Notes: a model not told the origin generated them from the letters alone. A stretch of DNA of 64,000 nt from Candidatus Latescibacterota bacterium (GCA_965219995.1 CBDCOX010000002.1:992001-1056000), one strand, 5' to 3'; counted from the first letter of the stretch, positions 36,732 through 47,092 are shown. Numbers and translations: made by a program.

Positions 36732-38039
36732 TCAGGTGACAAAGGCGTCGTATATGGCTTTTACGGCCCGCTTGTAGTCGCCCTCTTCCACGCCCACGAT
36801 GATGTTGATTTCAGACGCGCCCTGGTCGATTACACGGACGTTGACACGCGCGTTTGCAAGCGCGCTGAACAAACGGGCAGCAATACCGATGCGGTGCGAC
36901 ATGCCTTCGCCAACGGTTGCAATGAGGGCCAATCCCGGCAACAGTTCAACGCGGTCCGGCTGCAGAATCCGTCGAATGTCGTCGACGAGTCTCTCACCTT
37001 TTTCACCCAGTTGATCATCACGCATGATCACCGACATCGTATCGATGCCGGAAGGCGTGTGCTCGTAACTGATATCGTGCGACGCCACGACCTCCAGCAC
37101 CTGCCGGCCAAAGCCTTTCTGCTGGTTCATCATTGCCTTTTCGATAAACAACATCGTAAATGCCGGCTTTCCGGCGACACCGGCGATCAGTGCGTCGGTC
37201 AGTTCCCTGCGAGCGAGTATTCGAGTCCCCGGATCCTGAGGTCTGTTCGTGTTGCGAATGTGGACGGGAATCCCGGCCGAGCGTACAGGAAACATGGCCT
37301 CGTCGTGGAACACCGATGCCCCCATATACGCCAGCTCCCTGACCTCGCGATACGTGATTTCACGGACCGGCCGCGCATTCGTTACCAGGCCCGGATCGGC
37401 CATCAGCAGCCCGGATACGTCGGTCCAGTTCTCGTAGACCTCGGCGTCGACGGCCCGTGCCACAATTGCGCCCGTAATATCGGAACCACCACGGGAGAAC
37501 GTCTTTACCGCACCGCCCGGATCGCTGCCGTAGAACCCGGGCACGACGAATATCCCGTCGTTGGCGACCCGCTCCGCGAGAAGGCTGTAGCTGGCGGGGT
37601 CCAGTTCACCCCCTGGACGAAAACGGATGGCCTCCGCGGCGTCGATGAAGGTTGCGCCCAGATAATCGGCCATGACTTGACCACAGAGATACTCTCCCCT
37701 CGAAGCGACAAAATCCCGCGATGCCCCGTTTTCGATATCCGTTTTCAATCTGTCGAGCAGCCGGCCGATATCGAGCGGGATTCCCAGTTTCGTCGCCAGC
37801 CCTTCATATCGGGAGCGCACCATTGCGAAGGGCTCGGAAAAATCGAGATTCTGTCTGGCCAGTTCGTGGCACAGGTAGAGCAGGTCGGTGATCTTTGTAT
37901 CCGCGTCGTCGCGCTTGCCCGGCGCTGACGGCACAACAAGGCGCCGGCGCGCATCGGATTCGATGATACGCTTGACCCGTGCCACCTGCCGGTCGTCGGC
38001 CAGGGAACTCCCGCCGAATTTACACACGACCGCTCCCAT
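36732..38039 (-). CDS. lysC: aspartate kinase
   Basis: KFGGSS, SAPGKR, FSRGGSD, WTDVSG, C-terminal ACT domains. Confidence 0.92.
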   Translation of the reverse strand: MGAVVCKFGGSSLADDRQVARVKRIIESDARRRLVVPSAPGKRDDADTKITDLLYLCHELARQNLDFSEPFAMVRSRYEGLATKLGIPLDIGRLLDRLKTDIENGASRDFVASRGEYLCGQVMADYLGATFIDAAEAIRFRPGGELDPASYSLLAERVANDGIFVVPGFYGSDPGGAVKTFSRGGSDITGAIVARAVDAEVYENWTDVSGLLMADPGLVTNARPVREITYREVRELAYMGASVFHDEAMFPVRSAGIPVHIRNTNRPQDPGTRILARRELTDALIAGVAGKPAFTMLFIEKAMMNQQKGFGRQVLEVVASHDISYEHTPSGIDTMSVIMRDDQLGEKGERLVDDIRRILQPDRVELLPGLALIATVGEGMSHRIGIAARLFSALANARVNVRVIDQGASEINIIVGVEEGDYKRAVKAIYDAFVT

Positions 38040-38150
38040 TCCCGTGGTTCCACCTCCGTTTTACACCCGATCCAGATCCGGCATTCTGCGGTTGCCGGCC
38101 TGGTTTCGGGCACCCCATTTTCCGATTGAATACGTCCGACGTCGCGCGCG

Positions 38151-39071
38151 TCAGGCGGGATTCCGCTTCTGCACCAGGCGCAGCTCCTTGAGCAACTCCC
38201 TCACGTACGTGAGTTCCGGATCGATGCGGAGCGCTTCGTTCAAGGCGTCGATCGCCTTCTGCAAGGCCGACGAGTCATTGCGACGATCGGACAGTCGCCA
38301 GAAACACAGGCCGATTACGTGGTGCGCCCGTGCCCGGTCGTCTTTCTCAAGGTACTGGTACGCCAGTGCCTTCCTGGCCAGGTCGATGCCTTCCTCGTAG
38401 CGGGCGGCCCGGAACGTGTAATACGACGCAAATACCCTGGCATGTGCGATCGCATCGTCGCCGACGCCGTATTCCAGTCCGCGACTCACAATCCGAAGCG
38501 CTTCGGGATAACGCCTCACACCCTCCAGCATGCGCGCCACATCGGTGGCCTGCAGGCACAATCTGTCTTTCCAGGCTTTGTCCTCTTCAGTAGGACGAAA
38601 CTCGTACTTCGACCATAGACTGTCCTGCCGTTCCCAGGCGAAAAGCACGCCCTGTATCAATTCGGCACGGCCCGTCATGGCGCCGGAACGGGAAGCCAGG
38701 TACGTATTGTTGTAGAAATGCCGACCCAGAGCCCGGACAACCGGCGGGTATCCCGGCGCGACAGAATCCACGCGCACGTAGACAGGGATCCACTCGCCGG
38801 CTTCAAGAGAATCCGATCCCGCCAGCAGGGCCTGGGCCTTTTTAAGCTGCTCGCGCCGCTCGGCCGCTTTCTTACCGGACGGCGTCTCTCCATATTCCTC
38901 GGCGATCCCGGCGTATTGCGCGATTGTTCGAGGCAGGTCTTCGACCCGCTCTTCCAGGTCTCGGAAAACCACATAATACAGCCGTTCCGCCTTCTTCGCC
39001 CTTCGCGCCGCCTCGTTGTCGCAACCGGCGAGCAACGGCAGACACAGGAAAAGGAAAATTGCTTTGTGCAT
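38151..39071 (-). CDS. TPR-like lipoprotein
   Basis: Lipobox LLAGC; helical TPR-like C-terminus. Confidence 0.65.
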   Translation of the reverse strand: MHKAIFLFLCLPLLAGCDNEAARRAKKAERLYYVVFRDLEERVEDLPRTIAQYAGIAEEYGETPSGKKAAERREQLKKAQALLAGSDSLEAGEWIPVYVRVDSVAPGYPPVVRALGRHFYNNTYLASRSGAMTGRAELIQGVLFAWERQDSLWSKYEFRPTEEDKAWKDRLCLQATDVARMLEGVRRYPEALRIVSRGLEYGVGDDAIAHARVFASYYTFRAARYEEGIDLARKALAYQYLEKDDRARAHHVIGLCFWRLSDRRNDSSALQKAIDALNEALRIDPELTYVRELLKELRLVQKRNPA

Positions 39072-39186
39072 TTCAAATCGCTCCCCGAGTGGTATTATTC
39101 TCACGCAATCATTGCGCGGTCACACGACCGTTATGCCCGTACGTCGCGTCCCGGCGTACGCGGTCACGGACTTGCATGGGTCGACG

Positions 39187-40155
39187 CTACTCGATGTCCG
39201 CGCGAATCGGCATCTCCGTTCTTCCCTTCCGGCTGATCTTGTCGATCAGCCTCCGATTGAACTCGCGCGCGGTATGATACCCTTGAATCTTGAGTTGATA
39301 ATTCAGCGCGATGGCTTCCGCGATGACCGTTATATTCTTACCCGGATATATCGGCACGGTCACCTGTGGAATCTCCACGTCGAGAATCGACACCCAGTCC
39401 TCCTCCAGTCCCACCCGCTCGTAGGACTCGGTCTCGTCCCATTCCACGAGTTGAACGACGACCTCAACCCGCTTCTGGATCCGAAACGCGCCGATACCGA
39501 ACATATGCCGGACGTTCAGAATTCCCAGACCGCGTACTTCCATATGATCCCGAAGCGTGTCGCCGCAGGTCCCGACCAGAATACCCTGAAGCTTTCTTGA
39601 GACCAGCACGATGTCGTCCGCAACCAGCCGGTGCCCGCGCTCGACGAGGTCCAATGCAATCTCACTCTTTCCGATTCCGCTTCGACCGGTAAACAGTAGA
39701 CCGATTCCGTAAACATCGACGAGAGACCCATGGATGGCAGTCCGGGGGGCAAACACGTCGTCCAGATAATATGAGAACAGATGAGAAAACTTCGTGGTTG
39801 AGAATGGCGTGACCATCAGCGGAATGCCCCGTTGTCCTGCGAGTTCCAACAGGGTTCCTGGTACCTCGTTGCCGTCGGTAACCACCACACAAGGGATGTC
39901 GAACTGAAATACGGTTTCGAGTACCGTGCGCAGTCTTCGCGCGGAAAGGCCGTCGAGGTATAACATCTCGGAGTTGCCGAGTACCTGCGCGCGATCGAAG
40001 GTGAACAGACCTACAAACCCCGCCAGGACGAGACCGGGCCGGTGCACGTCGCTGGACGTCAGTTTCCTGTCCGTGTTTTCGTGGCCGGCGATCAACTTCA
40101 GAGCCAGCTTCTCGCCGAATTGTTCAAGGACTTCCGCGATTGAAATTTCCTGCAC
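39187..40155 (-). CDS. hprK: HPr kinase/phosphorylase
   Basis: RPGL, HGSLVDVYG, GRSGIGKSE, GHRLVADD, EVRGLG. Confidence 0.95.
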   Translation of the reverse strand: MQEISIAEVLEQFGEKLALKLIAGHENTDRKLTSSDVHRPGLVLAGFVGLFTFDRAQVLGNSEMLYLDGLSARRLRTVLETVFQFDIPCVVVTDGNEVPGTLLELAGQRGIPLMVTPFSTTKFSHLFSYYLDDVFAPRTAIHGSLVDVYGIGLLFTGRSGIGKSEIALDLVERGHRLVADDIVLVSRKLQGILVGTCGDTLRDHMEVRGLGILNVRHMFGIGAFRIQKRVEVVVQLVEWDETESYERVGLEEDWVSILDVEIPQVTVPIYPGKNITVIAEAIALNYQLKIQGYHTAREFNRRLIDKISRKGRTEMPIRADIE

Positions 40156-40294
40156 ACGGCGCTCCGGGATCCAGCAATGGCGCAAGCCTGAAGACGAGGA
40201 TAAGGCGACAGAATCCGGTTGACATGGACGCCATTCGCCACCCCGCGGACCAACGCACATAACCTTTAGATTTATAGGTTGTTGCAGGAGTCGG

Positions 40295-40385
40295 AATATA
40301 GGCCAAAACACCAACCCTGTCAAGAAGATGGATCCCATCGATACGGGACTTCGAGCTTGACTTGAAACGGCCGGGAAGCTATACT
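40295..40385. promoter_or_regulatory. back-to-back divergent sigma70-type promoters
   Basis: Minus: TTGACA(40323-40318)-17bp-TATATT(40300-40295). Plus: TTGACT(40357-40362)-17bp-TATACT(40380-40385). Confidence 0.7.
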
Positions 40386-40440
40386 CCGTGCACGGTCCGA
40401 CCCCCAGTCACAATGGCAGACCCGAGTACGGGTGGAACCC

Positions 40441-41649
40441 ATGCAATTCATCGCCAGCTTCTACGTCATCTACGCGATCTGCCTGATCTGTCGAAACCTG
40501 TTCGTACGGCGTAAACTTGCGGCGCCTCTGGACAGTCTGCGAACGAGCCACCTGCATTTTGTTCCCATCGGGTTGGCCGTTGGCTTCATCCTGTCCATGG
40601 AGAACAGCCTCGCGGCAATCGTCGGAGATGTCAAGGAAGGACTGTTGGGCGTCATTCTGGTCTGGTTCGGCATCGTCACCGGGCTCCGGTTCGACTTTCG
40701 CCGCCTGGGACGGCGCGCACCGCGTCATCATGCACTCGAAGGTCTCCAGGTGCTGGGAACCGCCGCCCTTGTCTTTTTGCTGGCCCTGTTGTGGAGGCCG
40801 GTGCTGCGGTACCAGATGGGCATTGCGGCCGAACCCGCCCTTGTCGCGTTGCTGCTGGCCACGCTGGCAACCACGCTGCGTATGCCGGATCGGGTTTTTT
40901 ACGCACGATCGGATCTTTCAACCCCCCGCGTCGAAAATGCACCCGCGGGACCACTGATTACCAATGCGGCGGGGATGACGCTGCTTACGGTTCTCTACCC
41001 CTATTGTGCGGGCGGGACCGTTCTGGATCTGGGGCCGCTCACGCTGGTGAGCACCGGCAGTTTCTGGGCGCTATATGCGTGCGTGGGTGTTCTTCTGGGC
41101 CTTTTGCTTACCCTTATCTTCAGCACCTTCCAGGACGACGTCCTTTGCGCGATTGTCGCGACGGGCACCGTCGCTACGGTTGGCGGTCTGTGTGCAGGCA
41201 AGGCGATTCCCGGTGTTGTCGTGGGATTCATCGCCGGCGTATGGTTTATCAATACGACCACGCGGCGGCGGGACGCGCTGGAGATTCTCGATAAGACCAC
41301 GGGGATCCTGCAGCCGGTCTTTTTCCTTGTCATGGGGGCCCTGCTTGCAACACAGAACCTCACCGTGTTACGTTTGACCGCTTTCACCCTTCTGTTTCTG
41401 GTCGCCCGAAGTCTGGCGAGGGGAATCAGCCTGGCGGTTGCCGCCCGCGTGACCCGCTGCCCCCTTTCGCTGACCGATATTATCGGTTCCGCGCTCAGGC
41501 CCCTCGGGACGTTGTCTGTCGCGCTGGCAGCGCAGCTGCTCCTGCTGGATTCCGGTCCGAATCTTTACGCCCTCGCGGCTGCTATCATGGTTGCAGCCGC
41601 GATCGGTCACGTGATCCCGTTACCGAAACCTCGAGACGTTGCCGGCTGA
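40441..41649 (+). CDS. polytopic membrane protein, divergent cation:proton antiporter-like
   Basis: About 12 TM segments; WFGIVTGLRFDFRRL and QPVFFLVMGA resemble CPA2/KefB segments. Confidence 0.5.
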   Translation: MQFIASFYVIYAICLICRNLFVRRKLAAPLDSLRTSHLHFVPIGLAVGFILSMENSLAAIVGDVKEGLLGVILVWFGIVTGLRFDFRRLGRRAPRHHALEGLQVLGTAALVFLLALLWRPVLRYQMGIAAEPALVALLLATLATTLRMPDRVFYARSDLSTPRVENAPAGPLITNAAGMTLLTVLYPYCAGGTVLDLGPLTLVSTGSFWALYACVGVLLGLLLTLIFSTFQDDVLCAIVATGTVATVGGLCAGKAIPGVVVGFIAGVWFINTTTRRRDALEILDKTTGILQPVFFLVMGALLATQNLTVLRLTAFTLLFLVARSLARGISLAVAARVTRCPLSLTDIIGSALRPLGTLSVALAAQLLLLDSGPNLYALAAAIMVAAAIGHVIPLPKPRDVAG

Positions 41650-41673
41650 GGCGAAACGCAGGGAAAGCACCGT

Positions 41674-42906
41674 ATGAGGCGATTCCTTATCTGTGCCATT
41701 GTTTGTGGGGTTGTCTGGGGAGCCCAGCACCATTTTCCGGACGCGATTCAACCCGTGGTGTACGTCGGTCTCTTGCTGGTGGTGCCGTTGACCCTGGCAA
41801 ACGCGCTGTCAGGGTCAGGCATTCCCGCCCACGTCGTCCCCCTTTTGCTGGGGTTTCTGGCCAGCGGTTTGGGACTTCGGCACACGGGAGCATTCATTGC
41901 AGCTGCGCCATTTGCCGACCTGGCACAGGCGTGGGTTGGCCTGTACCTGGGCGCGTGTTTTTCCTTTCATCGGATCCTCAGCAAGAATCTCGGTGCAGCC
42001 ACCCTGCTCTCCCTGGGCGCGACATTTGTCCCGGCCGCGCTGGCGTTACTCCTGTTCCTGGAACTCTCGGCCGTCCAGGCAATCCGTCTGGGTCTGCTTG
42101 CCGCGATGTCCGGTCCGGTGTTCACGCTCATTTCTCAACCGGACCGGCGTGAGGCCCGGTCCTTCTCGCTTCTGGTTACGATGTTGGGACTCTCATGCTG
42201 GTTCATCGCCGACCTCATCGTGAGTACGCCCGACCTGTACAGGGCCATTCCGTCGATATTAGTGTGGGTGGTGGGCGTGGAACTCATCGCGAGGATAACG
42301 CACACGGTCAGAACCGGACCGGGCGGTCAGGTTCTGTTCGGCGCGATTGTGGCGACACTCTTCGTCTGTGCGCACGTGATGCAACTTTCCCCTCTGTTTC
42401 TGGCGCTCGTGACCGGCGCGGGAGTTTCCGCCCGGTCCGGGAGGTCGGGGCATTCTCTACGGGCGATGGAACCGATGGCGGCGCCGCTCTCATATCTCGT
42501 GCTTGTGTATTTTGCGGCCAGCCTTGACCTTTCCGGCCTTCTGGGGATCTCCGCGCTCGATTGGAAGATTCTTGGCATCTACGTTGCCGCCATGCTCTTC
42601 GGCAAGACCGTCGGCGGCCTCACTGCCGCACGTTACGCAGGTCTGTTCCTCAGGGACTGGTCGCAGACGCTTCCTCAGGGTCTCGTCGTCTTCATACTTC
42701 TGCCCGACGTGTTCCCGTCGGGATCGGAGCAGGCCATTGGCGACGGGCTGACTGCGAGCGTGGTCCTTATGTGCGGTGTCGTCATCCCGCTGCTTGTGGC
42801 TCCCGTTCTCTTCATGTCCGATCGCATGGATCACCGGCGTATTCCGAAACCCATGGGGATGGAAGAAAAAAAGCCATCCGCAGGCGGGATGGCCAATCTT
42901 CCGTAA
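41674..42906 (+). CDS. polytopic membrane protein, divergent cation:proton antiporter-like
   Basis: About 12 TM segments; YFAASLDL, GKTVGG and LPQG resemble the CPA2 C-terminal half. Confidence 0.5.
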   Translation: MRRFLICAIVCGVVWGAQHHFPDAIQPVVYVGLLLVVPLTLANALSGSGIPAHVVPLLLGFLASGLGLRHTGAFIAAAPFADLAQAWVGLYLGACFSFHRILSKNLGAATLLSLGATFVPAALALLLFLELSAVQAIRLGLLAAMSGPVFTLISQPDRREARSFSLLVTMLGLSCWFIADLIVSTPDLYRAIPSILVWVVGVELIARITHTVRTGPGGQVLFGAIVATLFVCAHVMQLSPLFLALVTGAGVSARSGRSGHSLRAMEPMAAPLSYLVLVYFAASLDLSGLLGISALDWKILGIYVAAMLFGKTVGGLTAARYAGLFLRDWSQTLPQGLVVFILLPDVFPSGSEQAIGDGLTASVVLMCGVVIPLLVAPVLFMSDRMDHRRIPKPMGMEEKKPSAGGMANLP

Positions 42907-42937
42907 AACGCCGAATCGACAGGCGGAGGGCAGGACT

Positions 42938-44185
42938 CTAATTCAACCAGCCGGACACGGAGAACGTCTGCATGAAAAAGCGCTCCGAAGCCCCGTGTCG
43001 GGTCACGTCACCTCGCCTGCCAAATTCAATGACGTAACGAAAACTGCCGGCGCCGCGAGTCTCAAACGGCAACGCAATTCCCAGACTTACGCCCGTCTCG
43101 CCAATCTGCGAATCTCCGGCGGTCTTGAAATAAAGCGACCGATAGTAGGCTCCCGCGGTGAGTTCAACCCGCCGACGGGTACTATGGGGATCCGGATCGC
43201 CGGTTCTGTACAGAACTCCCCCCGCCAGGTCCGTGGTATCGTAGCGGCCCGTTTCCGTCTTTTTCCAGAAAGCCCGCTCGAAATCGAGCGCGGCCAGCCA
43301 GCGGGAACCCCTGCGATATGCCAGCCCCACGCCAATACTCGCCGGCATTTTTATATCCAGTTTCGAACGCGTCTCTTCTTCGAATCCTATTTCCGCGAAG
43401 AAATTTCGCAAAATGCGAGTCTGGGTGACGGTCGATGCCGCCCGGAACGCGGTCCCGAAGTACCACTTTCCGTCCCGGGTATACACGGCGCCGAGCGTGG
43501 GTTGCGCGCCACTGTGCGTGCGCACGTACCGATCCTCGCTGTTCAGAAATTCCGGAATCTGCCGATTATTGGCATCCACCAGGAAAGACCCTGCCGACCC
43601 GTCCGGTCCGCGCAGACCGAAGTCTTTCGTCCATGTTTCCGTGATCGTGCCGATCGATATGACACTCAGGTTCCCGCCCAGAAGAAAGCCGCCCCTCCTG
43701 TGTGCGAGTCCGAACGTAAACGCCTGAATACCACCGGTTGCACTGACCCGCAACGTGTAGGGAACCGTTGAGGTGCTGTCGACTCTGACAAGGTCGAAAT
43801 CGAGGTCGGTCAACGGCTCCAGGCCCACGCCCAGGACGGTACCGTCCCGGATGGGTAAGACGACCTGAAATGCCCCGATATCACCCTCCGAGACCACGTG
43901 CCGGCTGTGCCCGTCATTCAGGGAACGGCGCTGTACAAAGAAGCGACTCTGCACGCCGGCGTGCGAAAATGAGGCCAGAAGCGCAGGATTGGCCGAACTG
44001 AAATTCTGGCTGTCTGCAAGCGCACGGCCGGCACCCCCCATACCCCTCGCTCGCACGTCGACACGACGTTCGGAATCTCCCACGCCATTGAAGGAGAAAA
44101 TCGATTTCGCAGAGGGCGAATCCACCCAGGCGCAGAAAACAAGAAAACCGAAAATCGTCGCTGAAATTCTGTTGAAACGGTTCAC
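42938..44185 (-). CDS. outer-membrane beta-barrel protein (FadL/PorV-like)
   Basis: Signal peptide, RARGMGGAG and NPALLA plug motifs, amphipathic strands, C-terminal FSVSGWLN. Confidence 0.7.
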   Translation of the reverse strand: MNRFNRISATIFGFLVFCAWVDSPSAKSIFSFNGVGDSERRVDVRARGMGGAGRALADSQNFSSANPALLASFSHAGVQSRFFVQRRSLNDGHSRHVVSEGDIGAFQVVLPIRDGTVLGVGLEPLTDLDFDLVRVDSTSTVPYTLRVSATGGIQAFTFGLAHRRGGFLLGGNLSVISIGTITETWTKDFGLRGPDGSAGSFLVDANNRQIPEFLNSEDRYVRTHSGAQPTLGAVYTRDGKWYFGTAFRAASTVTQTRILRNFFAEIGFEEETRSKLDIKMPASIGVGLAYRRGSRWLAALDFERAFWKKTETGRYDTTDLAGGVLYRTGDPDPHSTRRRVELTAGAYYRSLYFKTAGDSQIGETGVSLGIALPFETRGAGSFRYVIEFGRRGDVTRHGASERFFMQTFSVSGWLN

Positions 44186-44208
44186 ATTCTTCCTCGCAAT
44201 AGGCGATG

Positions 44209-45372
44209 CTATGGATCGGGAGGCGTTGAGTAAATTACTTTCAACATGGGATTGTTGAACACCACCCAGTTGACGTTCCAGTTCCTGCGGTCGGTAATCG
44301 GGGTGCTCAACGCGAGTCCGAGATTGCGCGTCGTGCCGGAGAGCCAGCCCTGAACGAGGGTCTGGTCCATGGCGTAAGACGCCTTCTGCGCGTCGAATTG
44401 CCACGAATTGACGACGGAGAACGTCGTGTCTCCGGTAGCCGAATCCACGTTGATCCGTTCGACTGAAAAAGTAAACGTCTCGAACATGGACTGCGACCGG
44501 TCGTAGTTCAGCCGCAACTCCGAAGACGTTACCGTCGCACCCCGTGGAATGCTGTCGGGAAGATCGAAGCGGAATACCGGGCTCAGCCTGACAACCGTAG
44601 AGAGGACCAGCATCCCGGGCTCGGGTCCGTCCCTCGCCGGCCAGTACGTATCCTCCGACACACCCGCCACATACGCGTATGTGTTGCCGCCTGTCGAATA
44701 AGTTACACGCAATTCCGGCAGTCTGTCGGCATTCTCGGGCAGCGCGTCGTCCCGGGATACCAGACTCGTAAAAAACCGTGAGCCCGCGGCGGGCTGCAGC
44801 AGAAGATCGACCGATGCGGCTTCTGGATTTTCAAGCAATCTTGACGTGACGTACTCCGGCGGCAGATCGATCTGGATCAGACTGTCGCCCGGAGACGAGA
44901 CTACCGCTCCGTCGATCAGGGATGACGCAAACGTCACAGCGGTGTGATTGAGCGTATCGGCAAACGCGTCCAACTCATCCCACGCATCTTCCGGATGGTA
45001 TACCTGCAGGTCTTCGACACCTCTCGTGAGCTCACGCTTCCAGATTCGCAACCGGGCTGAGTGGACGTCCGGCGCCGCGGCGCCGGACGCCGCCGAAACC
45101 AGGGAATCCGCATCCAGGCTGACCCGTATCAGAGACCTGAGCACGATACCGCCCATCCGGCCGACCATCAGCGTGTCGCTCTCACCGAACGCACGACTGA
45201 AAGTACCCTCGAATCTTGTCGAGCCGCCCCTGGACGGCAGAAGGGGAAGTTCCACCACCCTGCCCTGCCCACGGGCAACCAGATCCGAACCGATGGGATT
45301 CTCCTTCTCGTCGCCGCAGCCAGGCAACAGCGCCCCAATCAGCATGATATTCAAGAGTTGCCGGCGACACAT
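44209..45372 (-). CDS. beta-rich lipoprotein of unknown function
   Basis: Lipobox LLPGC followed by ENPIGSDL. Confidence 0.65.
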   Translation of the reverse strand: MCRRQLLNIMLIGALLPGCGDEKENPIGSDLVARGQGRVVELPLLPSRGGSTRFEGTFSRAFGESDTLMVGRMGGIVLRSLIRVSLDADSLVSAASGAAAPDVHSARLRIWKRELTRGVEDLQVYHPEDAWDELDAFADTLNHTAVTFASSLIDGAVVSSPGDSLIQIDLPPEYVTSRLLENPEAASVDLLLQPAAGSRFFTSLVSRDDALPENADRLPELRVTYSTGGNTYAYVAGVSEDTYWPARDGPEPGMLVLSTVVRLSPVFRFDLPDSIPRGATVTSSELRLNYDRSQSMFETFTFSVERINVDSATGDTTFSVVNSWQFDAQKASYAMDQTLVQGWLSGTTRNLGLALSTPITDRRNWNVNWVVFNNPMLKVIYSTPPDP

Positions 45373-45466
45373 GCGCGCACACCTCGCGTTTTCGCCCTTC
45401 CCGGTAATCGTTGTTTTTCTCATCCTGTAACGCTCGATGCGGGAAATCGTTCCGGCACGCCGGGAT

Positions 45467-45994
45467 TCAATGGACCCGCTCGATCAAGATGTCGGCCTGC
45501 TGTTCACCCGCGGCGATAGGATTCTTCGCGCATGCTCCCTCCATATCGCCGGGCTGCGGGCCTACAAAACCGTCCCGGTCGATTTTGGCCACCATGTACA
45601 TTTCGGGAATCTCCGCCAGCACGATTCCGTCTCCGAACATTCGCGCCACGTCGGACTGGGTGAGGGTATATTCGTACGGAAGCGCGGGCATCCGAATCCG
45701 CTTGAGGGCATACGGAGGGCCGCCGTCCGGCCGCTCGCGCGCGATGATAAACAGATAGGCCCCGGCCGGTACGTTGTGACGCAACTCCCGCTTGATTCGG
45801 ATTGTTCCCCGTACGGTCTGTCCCCGGGGTTCTTCGGTTGGCGCTCGGGCCGTCGGTATGCGAGGATGCCCTGCCGGAAGGGCCGGCCGACGCGGTTTCG
45901 GCGGCGGATGCGCACCTTCCTCGTAGTGCTGATCGCAGGCGCAAATAAACAGCAACCCTGCCAGAATCACCAGGATACGATCGATAGGCATCAT
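45467..45994 (-). CDS. lipoprotein with CycH/CcmI C-terminal-like domain
   Basis: Lipobox ICAC, LPAGHP motif, LFIIAR...GGPPYA...LPYEYTL...AKIDRDG...QPGDMEG. Confidence 0.65.
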   Translation of the reverse strand: MMPIDRILVILAGLLFICACDQHYEEGAHPPPKPRRPALPAGHPRIPTARAPTEEPRGQTVRGTIRIKRELRHNVPAGAYLFIIARERPDGGPPYALKRIRMPALPYEYTLTQSDVARMFGDGIVLAEIPEMYMVAKIDRDGFVGPQPGDMEGACAKNPIAAGEQQADILIERVH

Positions 45995-46067
45995 GCGTCC
46001 ACGTCGGGCAAAAAAACGGGCCGGACTTGCAAAAGCCGGACCGGAGACACCCAATACAAACATTGCG

Positions 46068-46847
46068 TTAACGGGCGTGCGCCCCCGCGAAGATTTCCTC
46101 TTCCGTCATCGTCAGAAGCGCCGGTTCGTCATCGGTGACCGCCACGACATGCTCGAAATGCGCTGAAGGCGATCTGTCTCTGGCAGACGCCGTCCATCCG
46201 TCGTCGGCGAGTACGACCTCGGGGCTTCCCAGGTTGACCATCGGTTCAACCGCTATGACGATTCCCCGCCGCAGGCGCGGGTTTTTTTCCAGTGGCACGT
46301 AGTTCGGCACCGCGGGATCTTCATGAAGATTGCGTCCGATCCCGTGCCCGACGAACTGGCGCACCACGGAAAATCCGTGTGCCTCCACCCACTGCTGGAT
46401 GGAACCGCAAACGTCCTCGAGGCGGCTGCCCTCCCGTGCTCCTTCGATACCTTTAAATAGAGATTCCCGCGTTACCCGTATCAGCTTCCGGATTTCAGGT
46501 GTCACGTCGCCTATGGCATACGATATCGCCTGGTCTCCGTAGTATCCCATCAGTCTGGCGCCGATATCGATGCTGACAAGGTCGCCTTCCCGAAGTTCCC
46601 GCGCTCCGGGTATCCCATGTACGACCTGTTCATTGATCGAGATACATGTGGCCGCGGGATAACCGTGGTATCCCTTAAAGGCCGGAGATGCGCCGTGATC
46701 GCGGATCAATTCCTCCGCGACGCGGTCCAGACTCGACGTCGGGACTCCCGGGCGAACCCATTCCCTAAGGGCCCGATGCGCAAGCCCGACAATCCGGCAG
46801 GCGTCGCGGATTCTCTTCAGTTCCCGTTTCGAGCGGAGCGCGATCAA
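46068..46847 (-). CDS. map: methionine aminopeptidase type I
   Basis: CISINEQVVHGIP, DIG...GD, GHGIG, EPM, AHFEH. Confidence 0.95.
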   Translation of the reverse strand: MIALRSKRELKRIRDACRIVGLAHRALREWVRPGVPTSSLDRVAEELIRDHGASPAFKGYHGYPAATCISINEQVVHGIPGARELREGDLVSIDIGARLMGYYGDQAISYAIGDVTPEIRKLIRVTRESLFKGIEGAREGSRLEDVCGSIQQWVEAHGFSVVRQFVGHGIGRNLHEDPAVPNYVPLEKNPRLRRGIVIAVEPMVNLGSPEVVLADDGWTASARDRSPSAHFEHVVAVTDDEPALLTMTEEEIFAGAHAR

Positions 46848-46929
46848 TCTTTCACCTTCAGCCGTCGTGGACGCAGGTAGTGTGCCAAAGGGTCTAATTT
46901 AACAAAAAGGCATATAAAAACAAACACTA

Positions 46930-47092
46930 AGAAGCTGTCTTAAAGTCCCCAGCGGTCTTCGCGCGGCTGCAAAAGCGCCGGTCGGCGTTGGTCAAATCCA
47001 CCCTTATCATTAGATAGGGGCGAATTCTCCCGTCTTGACCGCCACTTTTTCGCTCGCGCTCGGGACTCACCAGGAATTTTAAGACAGCTTCT
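46930..47092. mobile_element. MITE (non-autonomous IS derivative), 163 bp
   Basis: Perfect 15-bp terminal inverted repeats AGAAGCTGTCTTAAA / TTTAAGACAGCTTCT; no ORF; intergenic. Confidence 0.75.
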
